From: Octopus sinensis | Lineage: Eukaryota | Length of the DNA: 64,000 bases | Reading direction: 5' to 3' | Assembly (NCBI RefSeq): GCF_006345805.1 | Contig: NC_043012.1 | Location: 26,226,001 to 26,290,000, forward strand | Part shown: one piece after another, positions 39,251-53,753 of the stretch | How the letters are laid out: each line of letters opens with the position of its first letter | How positions within the stretch are numbered: position 1 is the first letter of the stretch | Program-made: the position numbers and the translations under genes | The notes under the pieces: model-generated | What the model saw: only the letters and a program-made list of their open reading frames with translations | Database searches by the model: none | What the model was told of the DNA's origin: nothing

Positions 39251-39497
39251 TATATATTTGTAAAAAAAAGTTTGAAAATGCCACTATATTAGATAATTTT
39301 AATTTTTACATGTTTCGGTTCTTGAAATAACGAACCTTATCAATTGAATGTATGAAACAATTATAACTATTCCATTATACTCTTTATTATAAAAAAATCT
39401 TTTTGATAAGGTTCGTTATTTCAAGAACGAAACATGTAAAAATAAAAATTTATCTAATATAGGGCATGTTTCAAAATTTTTTTTTTACAAATATATA
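39251..39497. mobile_element. MITE or foldback element (~90-bp TIRs, ~60-bp spacer) in TA repeats
   Basis: 39251-39343 is inverted at 39403-39497 with few differences. Confidence 0.85.
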
Positions 39498-40518
39498 TAT
39501 ATATATGTATATATATACATATATATATATATTAAAAAAAGACTCCGCCGGTTACGACGACGAGGGTCCCAGCTGATACGATCAACGGAACAGCTTGCTC
39601 GTGAAATTAACGTGCAAATGGCTGAGCATTCCACAGACACGTGTACCCTTAACGTAGTTCTCGGGGATAATCAGCGTGACACAGAGAGTGACAAGGCTGA
39701 CCCTTTGAAATACAAGTACAACTCATTTTTGCCAGCTGAGTGGACTGGAGCAACGTGAAATAAAGTGTCTTGCTCAAGGACACAACGCGTCGCCGGGAAT
39801 CGAACTCACAACCTTACGATCATGAGCCGAATGCCCTAACCACTAAGCCACGCGCCCTCACTATATATATATTAACCACTCGGTTAATGGCGAAATTACA
39901 ATAGCAAAGGAAGTAGGTACAATTAATAAGTTAAACATATATATTGATAAATTTTGTACTCTAAGCACAAGGCCTGAACTTTTAGGGGATTAGATCGACC
40001 CCAGTAACAATTGGTACTTAATATTTCGACCCTGATGGGATGAAACGCAAAGTTGATCTCGGCGGAAATCGAACTCACAACGTTAAGGCGAATTACTACT
40101 AAGCGTTTCGCCCGGCGTGCTTAAAGTACTTCAGCATCAAACAGTCGTTGTTCGTAGAGGATGAACACGTTAAATAACTCCTCGATGTATCGGACGAAAA
40201 ACCGTATCTACAGCTTTAACTCATATACACCTGGACTAATAGTAATTGGTATATTATAACAACACAAGATGTAATATCACGATATCACGTCCAACTCATA
40301 CACGTATGCACACGTTGTCATATATACATAAGTTTAATATAGGAGTGCACACAATCTATTTGATAGAACCCGGACCGCCATTTTATATGAATCAATTTCT
40401 CATATATATCTTATTCATACAGATCTTTACGTTCAAGTCCATTCAAGTCCATTTAAATGTATTCATAGACGTTTTGTAATATCATAATAACTGATGCTGC
40501 CAACATACAATATATGTG

Positions 40519-40588
<70 letters not shown>

Positions 40589-40727
40589 TTATATGTTTAT
40601 CTGGTCATATATGTATGTGTGTACGCGCGTGAGTATGTGTATATAAAGGCATACGCGTCTCTGTTAATTTATATACAACCACTGATATACTTACACACAT
40701 ACATGTATATGTATATGTATATGTATG

Positions 40728-40758
<31 letters not shown>

Positions 40759-40936
40759 TATATTATATATCTATATATATTTGTATATAAGTATATGCGC
40801 ATGAAAGAGCTGTGTCCAACACACACACAAGCATATATGTATTTGTATATGTCATAGATAAATTTATATATATTTATATATATACACATATATATATATA
40901 TATATTATATACATATATTATATATGCATATATATT

Positions 40937-40985
<49 letters not shown>

Positions 40986-41130
40986 TATATATGTATATAT
41001 ATATGTATATAAATATATATATATATATATATATGCCTGTACTTCGATACATTTACATATATACATAACATATATATATATAAACATAGAGACGAAATTT
41101 CATCTATACGTTTGTCTTTGTGTATATACC

Positions 41131-41163
<33 letters not shown>

Positions 41164-41170
41164 ATACCCT

Positions 41171-41209
<39 letters not shown>

Positions 41210-42089
41210 CATATATACATACATACATACACACACACATACATACATACATACATACATACACACATACATAAATACATACATACATACATACTTCCAT
41301 ATATATGTGCGTGTGTCCCTGTGTGCCCCTGTGTGTAAGCGTTTATGTTTTTATGAATATGTATTTGAATATCCAAACGTTAGGTATTTATTCATTTATC
41401 GTAGTGCGTAAAATTCACGTACGTCTCATTATTATGATATATATTAATATAACTGTACCGAACTTCAGACTACCAGATGTAAATATTGCCTCTTGATTTA
41501 TCCTGTATAGGACAAGCAAGATGGTTAACTAAAGAGCTAATTTGCAACGCTGTTCCTATATAATATTTAGCAATCTGAATCCAACAAAAGATTGTTGGGT
41601 GAAGGCTGGGCTTAATTGGTCAACGAAATTTCAAATAAGCAACAAGTTCAATGGACGAGAAGTAAAGAATGACCATATGATCAAGACCTCTGGTCTGAAC
41701 TTTAGATGACATAAAGAAAATGAAGAAGAAAGGAGAAATAAGTAAAGAAAGGAAGAAAGACGGAAAATGTTGAAATGAAAATGGCGTCGTTTGTCTATAA
41801 ACACTGCGCTACATTGCATTGCTTAAGTATTGCTCGAATGGCGTTCGAACTAATAAGAAATTCTTTTACAGAGGAGTAAATAAGTAAGGTGGGATGAAAG
41901 AGCGGGAAATTTATCATTTTCACGTTGTGTTCCAATTATTGCAATTTTCAAGACAGCGTTGTCCAGCTTTTGTCAGTGAGTCGTGTCAGTTAGCCTGTGC
42001 GAGGAACAAAAGGCGTGAAAAGAAACCACTGCAACGCCAATAATGAGAACGAGAATAATTAGAACAATAAAAGCAAAACTAACAAAAAC

Positions 42090-42621
42090 AACGACGACGA
42101 CGACGACGACAATGACGATGATAACGACGACGACGTTGACAACGGTGATGATGATGATGATGATAATGATGATAATGATGATGATGACAACGACGATGAT
42201 GATGATGATGAAGATGAGGATGATGATGATGATCATGATGATGACAGCAACAACATTGATAGACAATAACAACAAAAGCCCCCCCGAAAAGCAGGAAGTA
42301 CTTCGACAATAACAACAACATTAACTACACATTAACAACGCATTAGCAACAATGCCTGCCGAGAACCACAACAACGTACGGTAATAACAACAAATAAAAA
42401 CCATCTAAAACAAGAACAAAAAAAAAACAATATAGAAAACAGCAATAACAACAACAACAACAACAACAACAGAAGTGGCGCGAACATAAATTAATTACAT
42501 AAGAAGTTACAACGATAATAAATATAACAAGTCAAAATATAAATAAGAACACCAATAGCAAATCGAATCAAAACATAAAAAATAAGTAATAACAACAACA
42601 ACAACAACAACAACAATAATA

Positions 42622-42688
<67 letters not shown>

Positions 42689-43070
42689 AGTGATAAAACA
42701 AGTAAACGAACAAAAATTAAATACAAATACAATTTCAATAAATACTATAAAATATAAACATAGAGAAAAATAAACAAAAATAAAATACATGAAAAATAGT
42801 AACAAAAAAAAGGAAAAATTAGGAATTTGGAAATGAGGAAGAACGAGAAGAAAAAGAAAAAGCTAGAAATAAAAAAAGAAGAAGAAGAAGAAGAAGAAAG
42901 AAGAAGAAGAAGAAGAAGAAGAAGAAGAAAGAAGAAGAAGAAGAAGAAAGACGAGATGGTGAAGGTTAGTTTAGAGAATTCCAAGACGTTTGGTTTGTTT
43001 TCAGAGAAGATTGGTAAGAAAGAAGAAGAAGAAGAAGAAGAAGAAGAAGAAGAAGAAGAAGAAGACTGAG
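42090..43070. repeat. (ACG/ATG)n, (AAC/AAT)n and (GAA)n microsatellite blocks
   Basis: Direct. Confidence 0.9.
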
Positions 43071-43609
43071 GAGGAGGCGGAGGATGAGGAGGGTGTGGGG
43101 TGAACGAGTGAGTCGATGAGGGTAGGGTGGGGGCTGACATATTGCTATTTGTGCCAAAGGCATCAAAGTCCTATTCATTTGCTCAAGAAATTTTCATCAA
43201 TAAAGCCAGAAAGGCCAAGAAAGGTGATACGAGTATTTCCAATGAAGTTTGATCATTGATGAAACACTCTTACACTCCGCCGCTTCCTTTATTCTCTCCT
43301 CATTCTCTTTTCATTCTCTTTCTCTCTCACTCTCTCTCTCTCTCATTCTCTTTTTCTCTCTATTTTCAATTTTCTCTCTGTTTTCCTTTTCTTCTTCCAC
43401 TTCTCTAGTCTATCTATCAATCTCACTCTTTCTATCTTTATATATATATGTATATGTATATGTGTATGTGTGTGTGTATGTGTGTGTATGTGTTGGCATG
43501 CATGCGTGTGTGTCTGTATGTATTGCTTTTCTCATTGCTCTATTTCTCACCCGTTTATTTTGTTGCATTCATTCGTTCTCTCTCTTTCACTCACTGTCTT
43601 TCTTTATAT

Positions 43610-43653
<44 letters not shown>

Positions 43654-44016
43654 ATCTTTTCTATCCAATCTCTCACATTCCCATTTATTTTGCTCCCGTT
43701 CTCGCTCTCTCTCTCACTGTCTTGTCTTATAATATATGTAAATATATATGCATGTATGTATATATGTATGTACTTATATATATATATATATATGCTCTCC
43801 GTGTGCTTCCTCGTTTTTCTTTCCTGCGTTCTCTCTTTCTCCCTTTCTCACTTCTAACATTTCTTTCTCTTCACCTTGTCATTCTTTCTCTCCCTCTGTC
43901 TGTCTGTCTGTCTTTCTTATTTACTTTTCTTTTTATAGTTTCCTGCACTCTTCCAAATTCTTTATCTTGTTATTCTTCCTATTCTCACATCCTCGCTTTT
44001 TCTATCAGTTCATCTG

Positions 44017-44049
<33 letters not shown>

Positions 44050-44055
44050 ATATCC

Positions 44056-44145
<90 letters not shown>

Positions 44146-44228
44146 ATATATATATAATAATTATATAATATATATGTCTGTCTGTCTGTCTATCTATCTA
44201 TCTGTTCTATTACTTTAATTAAAACATT

Positions 44229-44328
44229 NNNNNNNNNNNNNNNNNNNNNNNNNNNNNNNNNNNNNNNNNNNNNNNNNNNNNNNNNNNNNNNNNNNNNNNN
44301 NNNNNNNNNNNNNNNNNNNNNNNNNNNN
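44229..44328. other. Assembly gap (100 N)
   Basis: Direct. Confidence 0.99.
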
Positions 44329-44560
44329 GTAGATTTCCAACATTTGGTCAGGAGGCAAGGCACAGGCATAACTAATCACTAGTAAAGATAAAAAATGACA
44401 CACATAACTAATCACAGGCGACGGAGTGGCTGTGTGGTAAGTAGCTTGCTTACCAGCCGCATGGTTCCGGGTTCAGTCCCACTGCGTGCCACCTCGGGCA
44501 AGTGTGTGGATTTGGTAGACAAAAACTGAAAGAAGACCGTCGTATATATGTATATGTATA

Positions 44561-44596
<36 letters not shown>

Positions 44597-46439
44597 TGTA
44601 TGTATGTATGTATGTATGTATGTATGTATGTGAGTATGTGAGTGTCTGTGTTTGTCCCCCAGCATAGCATCGCTTGACAATCGATGCTGGCGTGTTTATG
44701 TCCCCGTAACTTAGCGGTTTGGCAAAACAGACCGATAGAATAAGTACGAGGCTTACAAAGAATAAGTCCTGGGGTCGATTTGCTCTACTGAAGGCGGTGC
44801 TCCAGCATGACGGTAGTCAAATGACTGAAACAAGTAAAAGAGTAAAAGAGTAAGGTGAGGAATTAATGGCGACAGAGAGCATTAGATTCTTTATTGCTTG
44901 ATAGACTGTGCGAAGCAGCTCTGACAAGTGTATATGTCCATGTACATGTATTTATGTATTGAGAGCTTATCCTAACTACTCCGCACTTTGTATTCTCTAC
45001 TTGAATGTTTCTCGAGTGATACCAAATGTTTTGCTTTTTTTCGTTTTCAATTTTCATGTAATTTTTTTTCAATTTTAATCTACCCGCTCAAGGAGAAACA
45101 ACTTCTAGCGCCACGTATGATAAGCAATTTCAATATCACTTTTTTCAATTGTAGTTCAAGCTGGAGTTTTAGTGTCAAACGAAAGTGAGCACCCATAGTA
45201 TATACCTATTACATTAATTCAATTGAAGAGCTCTTTGCACACTCACACTCTCCATCTGACACTCCCCTCCCTTTCTCTCTCTATATATATTATATTTGTA
45301 TACTTGTAAGACATAAATGTAGAAGTATATATATATATATATACATACATATATGCATACACATATATATCCTCATATAAATATATACATATACATACAT
45401 CGATGTATGTATATACATTCATAAACATAAAATATATACACATACATTTTTACACATTCACACGTAAACATATGTATATATGTATATATATATATGTATA
45501 TATATATATAAGCACGTATAAATATATACATATACATACATATATATATATATGTATATACATTCATATATATACAATATATACACATATTTATAAACAC
45601 ACTCGCGCGCACGCACACACACACTCATATATATATGTGTGTGTGTGTGTGTGTGTATTGATTTCCTCAATGTCTTCTGGATTCAGTTGATTTTGAAGGG
45701 TGATTTTTGTATTTGTATATGTGTACATGTTCGCGTTTGGAAATTTGTGGAATAACGGAACACAGTACAATAATGGTAAAATGATTTGTTAGAAACGATA
45801 TCGAAGTTATAGGATACGATGCCATCTGTTGATGTTTTTCTTTCTGTTCTTGATCTTTAGCTAAGGCAGCCGGACTATGTTAATTCAATGTTTAACGAGC
45901 GAACCATTCGACGTTCGAAAATGGCCGCCGAGATGCGAAAAGACAAAAACAAAACAAAGATACACAATACGTAACAAAGAAGACAAGAAACCGAAAAAGG
46001 CGAAGAAACGAAGGAAGCGAGAAATAGAAAAGCTAAAGATAAACAAGCTCTCTTCCTATAGATATGGCGCTTCCTTTCTTTAACTTGTTGACACTGCACA
46101 AAGATTTATTGTACTGCAATTTGATTAAAAGGTTTCCTTTTATTCCATAAGTTCTCTCCCTCCATTTCTCACTTCGCTTCTTTCTTTCTTTTTTCTTTCT
46201 TTCTTTCTTCCTTTCATTCTGTCTTTCTTTGTCTCACTCAGTGTCACCATCTCCCTCTCTTGCGCTTTCTCTCACTCTCTTTCTGTCTTTCATTTACGGT
46301 TGGTTTTATTATCTCGAGATATTCACATATTCTCTACTACATAACTGTGTTGTTTAAGTGATAGTATGTTGGTGGTAGTTTATGTCGGTAGTGGTGATGG
46401 TGATGCTAGTGGATGACAATATTAGTAATAAGTAGAAAC

Positions 46440-47270
46440 TTTAGCATGCCTGGCGAAATACTTAGCGCTATTTCCTCTGTCTTTACGTTCTGAGTTCATA
46501 TTCCGCTGAGGTCGATTTTCTCTTTCATCCTTTCGGAGTCGATAAATAAAGTACTACTTGCGTACAGAGGTCGATCTAATCGACTGGCCCCTACCCGCAA
46601 AATTTCGGGCCTTGTGCTTAGAGTAGAAAAGAATAAGTAGAAAGATGGGGAGCTGGCAGAACCGTTAGGACGCCGGACAAAATGCTAGAACGGCATTTCG
46701 TCTGTCTGCACGTTCTGGGTTCAAATTCCGCCGAGATCGACTTTGCCTTTCATCCTTCCAGAATCGATAAATTAAGTACCAGTTGAACACTGGGGTCGAT
46801 GTAATCGATTAGCTACCTCCCCCGAAATTCCTGGCCTAGTGCCAAAATTTGATACCAATATTAATAATAAGTAGAAATGCGACGAGCTGGCAGAATCGTT
46901 AGCACGCCGGACAGAATGCACGCTCTGAGTTCAAATTCCACCGAGTTCGATTTTGCCTTTTTATCGTTTCTGGGCTGATAAAATAAATATCAGTTGAGTA
47001 CTGGGGTCCATGTAATCGACTTCCGCAGTCTACCGAAAACGCTTGCCTTGTGCCGAGAATATGAAGAGAGTAATGTGGCGAGCTGACAGAATTCTTTGTG
47101 CGCCGGACAAAATGCTCAGCAGCATTTCGTTCGACTTTATGTTCTGAGTTCAAATTACGCTCATGTCGACTATTCCTTCCATTAACCCGCGGTCGATAAA
47201 ATAAGAACCAGTTGAAAACTGAGGGTCAATGTAATCGACTATTTCTCCCCCACCCCTAAATTTCTCGAAC
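46440..47270 (+). mobile_element. Tandem array of four diverged SINE family A copies
   Basis: Successive heads or cores at ~46440, 46645, 46880 and 47075. Confidence 0.85.
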
Positions 47271-47552
47271 TCGCATCTCCAGCAGTCATGACAGGTGTTT
47301 TAACATCGTACATCGGCAATTCTCCGAATTCCTCTATCTTTTTGAGAAGATTTATTCGTTTCAGCGAGAACTGTATGGCGTCAACCCAACGTGGATCTTA
47401 TAACTATCTGAGAGAGAGAGAGTGAAAGAATTTATTTTCACGAATCCTCGTGGATATCTCAAAAAGAACATAAACCATACACTCACACACGTTCGTGCCG
47501 GTACACGAACGCACATACACCACACAAATATATATTGTATACAATATGGGAC

Positions 47553-47583
<31 letters not shown>

Positions 47584-47848
47584 AATATATATTATATATA
47601 TATAATATAATATATATATATATACACAACATGTATACATTTATATTTGTAGGTACCAATATATGTATATTACGCATGTTCAAGTTATCAATAACTTTTT
47701 ATCTATGTATTTATATACTTGTCAATCTTCTGTCTCTCTCTTTTTCCTTTCTTTCTTTCCCTTTTCTTTCGTTCTTTCGTCTGTCTGTCTGCCTGTCTGA
47801 CTCTCTGTCTCTCTCTCTGTCTTTCTCTCTCTCTCTCCCTATCTGTCA

Positions 47849-47882
<34 letters not shown>

Positions 47883-47898
47883 TTATCTATTTATTTAT

Positions 47899-47966
<68 letters not shown>

Positions 47967-48689
47967 GTATGTATGTATGTATGTATGTATGTATCTATAT
48001 ATCTATCGCATCAATCTATTATCTATATATCTATCTATCTATCTATCTATATATCTATATATCTCATCTATCTAATCTATATATCTATCTATCTATCTAT
48101 CATCCATCCATCCATCCATCCATCCATGCAGCTAGCTAGCTACCTAGATATGCATGCATACTCTTAAATAACTGGATATGGCTAAGAAGTCTTTGAATGG
48201 ATCTCTCAAGGAATTTTCTGTCACATCATGTGAAAATTTTTACCAACACTACACATAAAGCGCAGAATATAATTAATATAACAAATAAAAAAAATACTCG
48301 CAAAACAACCCAAATATAAACAACGCAAAAACAATCATTCAAAAACAACAAAAATATCCCAAGGAATGGAATTATAAAGAACAAGACAAACATAAAAACA
48401 TGAAAAGTAAAAAGAAAAAAAGTATCACATAAACAACAAGAACTCTTTCGGAGCAATAAATCTCGATAACAATTTGTAAATCCGTTTCCAAGACAGAGGA
48501 AGAATCCTGCTAATTAGAATCAGGAACTTTTCTAAGATTTGCTTTCGTTGGATAAATGTAAACACCAATCACAACAATGGCGGCCATTGTTGTTTGCTCT
48601 TGTTGTTGTTTGGTTTGTGTGGGGTTTTTGTTCGGAAGAGAACAGACGGATCTCATTTTTCAACTTTCGATTTTATTCAATCGTCAAAT

Positions 48690-48722
<33 letters not shown>

Positions 48723-48763
48723 TACATAATATATATATATATCTATATATATGATTTGATATG

Positions 48764-48798
<35 letters not shown>

Positions 48799-48882
48799 TA
48801 TATATAACACACACAAATATACATATATATTATATATATATAATCTATATATACTATATATATATATATATTATATGCATGC

Positions 48883-48914
<32 letters not shown>

Positions 48915-49077
48915 TGTGTGTGTGTGTGTCTGTTTATTTATAAGGAACTCGATTAACGTTATTGCTTGTCGATGGAAATAACAAAGAACGATGATGATTG
49001 ATGATGATGATTATGTTTTTGACAATAATGATGATCATAGTTTTTCTTCTTCTTACTACCAACATTACTACTACTAG

Positions 49078-49180
<103 letters not shown>

Positions 49181-50430
49181 ACCTCTGCTACTGCTACTGC
49201 TATATCTAGTGTTGTTAGCCTTATTGCTTTTATTATCATTATTATTATTATTATTATTAAGGAGGTGAGCTGGCAGAATCTTTAGCACCCCGGGCTAAAT
49301 GCTTAGCGGTATTTCGCCCGTCGCAACCTTCTGAGTTCAAATTCCTTTTGGGGTCTTTAAATTAAGTATCAATTGAGTATTGGGGTCGATGTAATCGATT
49401 ACCCCACCTCCCCGCAATTTCAGGCTTTATGACTATAATAGAAAAGATTATTGTTATGGCAATGATAGTGAAAATGATGCTGATGATGATAATAATGATA
49501 ATGACGATGATGATGTCGATAGCGCCTGTGACGACAGAGACGATGATGATGATGTAGATGATGATGATGATGATGATAATGAGGGGAACTAGGAGGTGGA
49601 GCAAGACTACGATGAAGACGAAATCGATGATGTTGATGTTGAAGAACGTCAGTGAAGAACAGGACGACGATGACGATCATGATGATGACGATAATGATGA
49701 TGATGATGATGATGAAGAAGATACTACAACGGCGACGACTATGAGGACGATGATAATGGTGATACGAAGCGTCATGATGATCACAGCTATTTTGACAAAA
49801 GCGATGACGATGTCAAGGACGCCGGAATGACAGTAACGACAACAGTTGATGACGAACTTAGAAATACATAAAGAAATCGCTGAACCGAGGACGATGAAGA
49901 ACGATGATCAGTGTGTGATGGCTTTTCAGGGCCTTTAGTAAAACGTGATGAAGTGGGTGTCATTGATGCTGTTATTGTTGACGTTGTTGTCGCCATTAAT
50001 AGTGTTCATTTTATTGTTGTTAAACGTTGAGAAGACGACGATGGGAACGATAGTGATGATGACGGCCAGAGACGTTGCCCAAGACGACAATGACGGAGGC
50101 GAGAACGATGATCTCAATGCTGAGGGTCCTGCTGCTGCTGCTGCTGCTGCTGACAATAATGATGACGACAGTACATTTGTCTTCAATTACTAATCCCACA
50201 CATGTCACAGATGATCCAACAATATATATATATGTATATATATATCGTACTATATATATATCTATATATATATATATGTATTATCGTTTATATATATATA
50301 TATATGCATGTATATTATATATACACATATATATATAGATATTATATATAACATATATATATGTATATATAAACTACCTATCTACGCACCTATCTATCTA
50401 TCTATCAGTATATATGTATATATATATATA

Positions 50431-50481
<51 letters not shown>

Positions 50482-50656
50482 ATATATGTATATATATATA
50501 TGTATGTATGCATATGGTACAATATATAGATAGCAATATACTCTATAGTATGAAGAGCTAGATAGATTGATAGATATGCACACATATGCGCATGTTCATT
50601 ATTATATACTTGTGTGTATATATATACATATACAAACATTCATATATATATATATG

Positions 50657-50706
<50 letters not shown>

Positions 50707-51092
50707 TATATATGAATCTCTCTCTCTCTCATTCTCTCTCTCTCTTTATATATATACATATATATTATATAAATATATATGTATACATGTATATATATAT
50801 AAATACACACATATGGACATATACCCACATGTGTATATATATACCTGTATGTGTGTGTGCGTGTGTACATTCATACGTACATACACACACACACACACAC
50901 GAATACATATATACATACACATACAGAGGCGCTTATTCTCGCATGGCGAAAAACAAATTTGAGCGCGTGTGTGTTTATTAATATATATTTTTTTTAGAAC
51001 AGGAATTCCATTTCTCTTTTTTATATCTATTTATCCTTCTCTTCTCTGAAAAGAAGCTGTCCACCTTGGAAAGGCAAACAATAATAATAATA

Positions 51093-51131
<39 letters not shown>

Positions 51132-51197
51132 TAATAATAATAATATAATAATAATTATTATATTATTATTATATTATCTTATTATATTATTATTATA

Positions 51198-51234
<37 letters not shown>

Positions 51235-52900
51235 GCTATTGTTGATGTTATTCTTGCTATTATTATTTTTATTATTGTTATTATTATTATTGTTATTATT
51301 ATTGTTGTTGTCGTTGTTGATGTTATTGTTATTGTTGTTGTTATTAGTTTCATTCTATATTTTTCGTCTCTTTATTTCCAGCCTCTCTTCGTTTTGGTAC
51401 ATCCTTCATTCCTATCCTGCCATCCTCTTCACCTCCCCCTCTCTCTCTTTTTTTCCTCTACCTTTTCTTTTTTCTTTCACTCATTCATTCTCTTCTTACG
51501 TGTCTTTTGTGTACAGCATAGATTGGTTTCCCATGGGTTGCCAGGAGATGCTAATTTTTGACTTTAGCTTCTTTTCAAACACTAACGTAACGAAACATCT
51601 GTCCTTATTAAGACAGACACAAACGTTATATTTGCATCGATGAATTCGAGACAAGTCCGTTCTTTTGTGTAGAAGTGTTGACTTTTAATAGGTACACACG
51701 CACACACACACATATACACACATACCCACATATATGTGCGTGTGCGTGTGTGCGTGTATGTATGTATGTGAGTATCTGTGTATGTATAGACAATTCTTTA
51801 TCAATTAATATTATTATTTTGCTGTTGTTGTTGTGATTGCTATTATTGTTATCATCATAATCTTCTTCCTCATCTTGCGTACCATAACGTACCATAACGG
51901 CCATCACCATCACTCTCAACACTCCCCTCTCCATCGTCATCATCATCGTCATTATCATCGTCATCATCATTAACATCATCATCGTCCTTGCCGTCCTCTT
52001 CTCTCCTACTCTTGAATCACCATCACCTGTGGCATCACCGTCACCACCACCACGACCACCACCATTATTACCATCACAGTGGTCATGGTGATGATAATGA
52101 GCCCCATCATAGCCATAGCATTTTTTGTCATCGTCGTTTTCAGCACCCACCTCCGAGGTCCCCTTCTCATCATCATCAGCGTCATTTTTTGATAGTCATT
52201 ATTATTATTGAATGAGAGAGCAGTGCATGTCATCAAAGTGACACTGTGGTAAAATATACGAAGCCCAATATACCCATCATGACTACCTGTCTGAGAAGGG
52301 TACACTAGGCACATGCATCACAACCATATGTGCGTGACATGGTGATCTCATATCAAGATAAACTGCGCATGACCTCGTAGGTGGGGCCCAGTTAGAATTT
52401 TCTTCAGGTCGAGTAGCCCATCCCGCTCAAAAGATCCCTGAATAAGGTTTGTTTAAGGATGTTGAACAAAATACCCATGATTCCAAAGGTGAATTATTCA
52501 AACCCCAAAAGAATTTCTCTCAAAACATGGCTATGATGCTCCCCCCACTACTTCTGCTAATGATCAGAGATGCACATATCGTCAGCCACTAAGGGACATG
52601 TTCAACTGGTTAAGGTCAAACTCGGTAAAACGTAAGTGAAAGAATTCTAACTGTTTCCTGCAATAAATACATCTAAAGGAAAAATTTGTCATGGACCCTT
52701 AATATACTATTGTGGGTCTATTGTGGGTTTACTATTTTGCTTACGTAAACCCCCAAAATCTTATATGGACCCCAGGAGTCATATAGTTTCCAGTTGAAAA
52801 CTACAGCTTATTTCATCAATGTGACCTAACATCACCCCAATTACAGATTCGCATAATGGTAATTCTAGTGGTGCGACGCCCACTTACATAAGGCATACAC

Positions 52901-52931
<31 letters not shown>

Positions 52932-53119
52932 CATACATACATACATACATGCATACATACCTACATACACACATACACACACATACATACATACATACAT
53001 ACATACATACATACATACATACATACACACATACACAACATACATACATACATACATACATACATACATACATACATACATACATACATACATACATGCA
53101 TGCATAATACATAGAAGTA

Positions 53120-53532
53120 TGTATTAGATGTTCAGGTTTGTACCTGTAATTATTGGAGCCATGAGATATGTAACATACTGCCTAAATACCAATCTTGAGA
53201 AATTAGGCTTCTCAGAACCAGAAAGGCGAAAGCTAATTCGAAGATTACAGACCCAATCCATCACTGGAACTGTAAAAATGTGTAAAACGTTCCAGAAGTT
53301 TAACATTTAAATATATATGAGCATGTCTAGATATGCAACTATATGCATCAGAATATATACATAAAACATACAAATCTGCACATACATACATACATACATA
53401 CATACATACATACATACATACAAAAATAACCTGCTGTTGATGTTAAATTTCCAATGAAGAAGCCTTGGATCCAGGTTAGAAACCGACACTTTCCCAACTG
53501 AAAGAAATCTCGAAAGAAAATTGAATAATGAC
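53120..53532 (+). mobile_element. Short 3' fragment of an RLE-type (R4/NeSL-like) non-LTR element with (CATA)n-containing 3' region
   Basis: FVPVIIGAM...LEKLGF...LQTQSITGTVKMCKTF*, resembling the RLE-clade C-terminus. Confidence 0.65.
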
Positions 53533-53599
53533 ATACATACATGCAGGCGTGCATGCATACATATTTACATACATGCATAGATAGATAGATCGATCGATT

Positions 53600-53646
<47 letters not shown>

Positions 53647-53647
<1 letters not shown>

Positions 53648-53719
53648 TGTTTCTTTATTAGCCACACAGGGCTGCACACAGATAGAACAAATTACAAGGT
53701 AGAGCTTTTCTTTTGAAGG

Positions 53720-53753
<34 letters not shown>

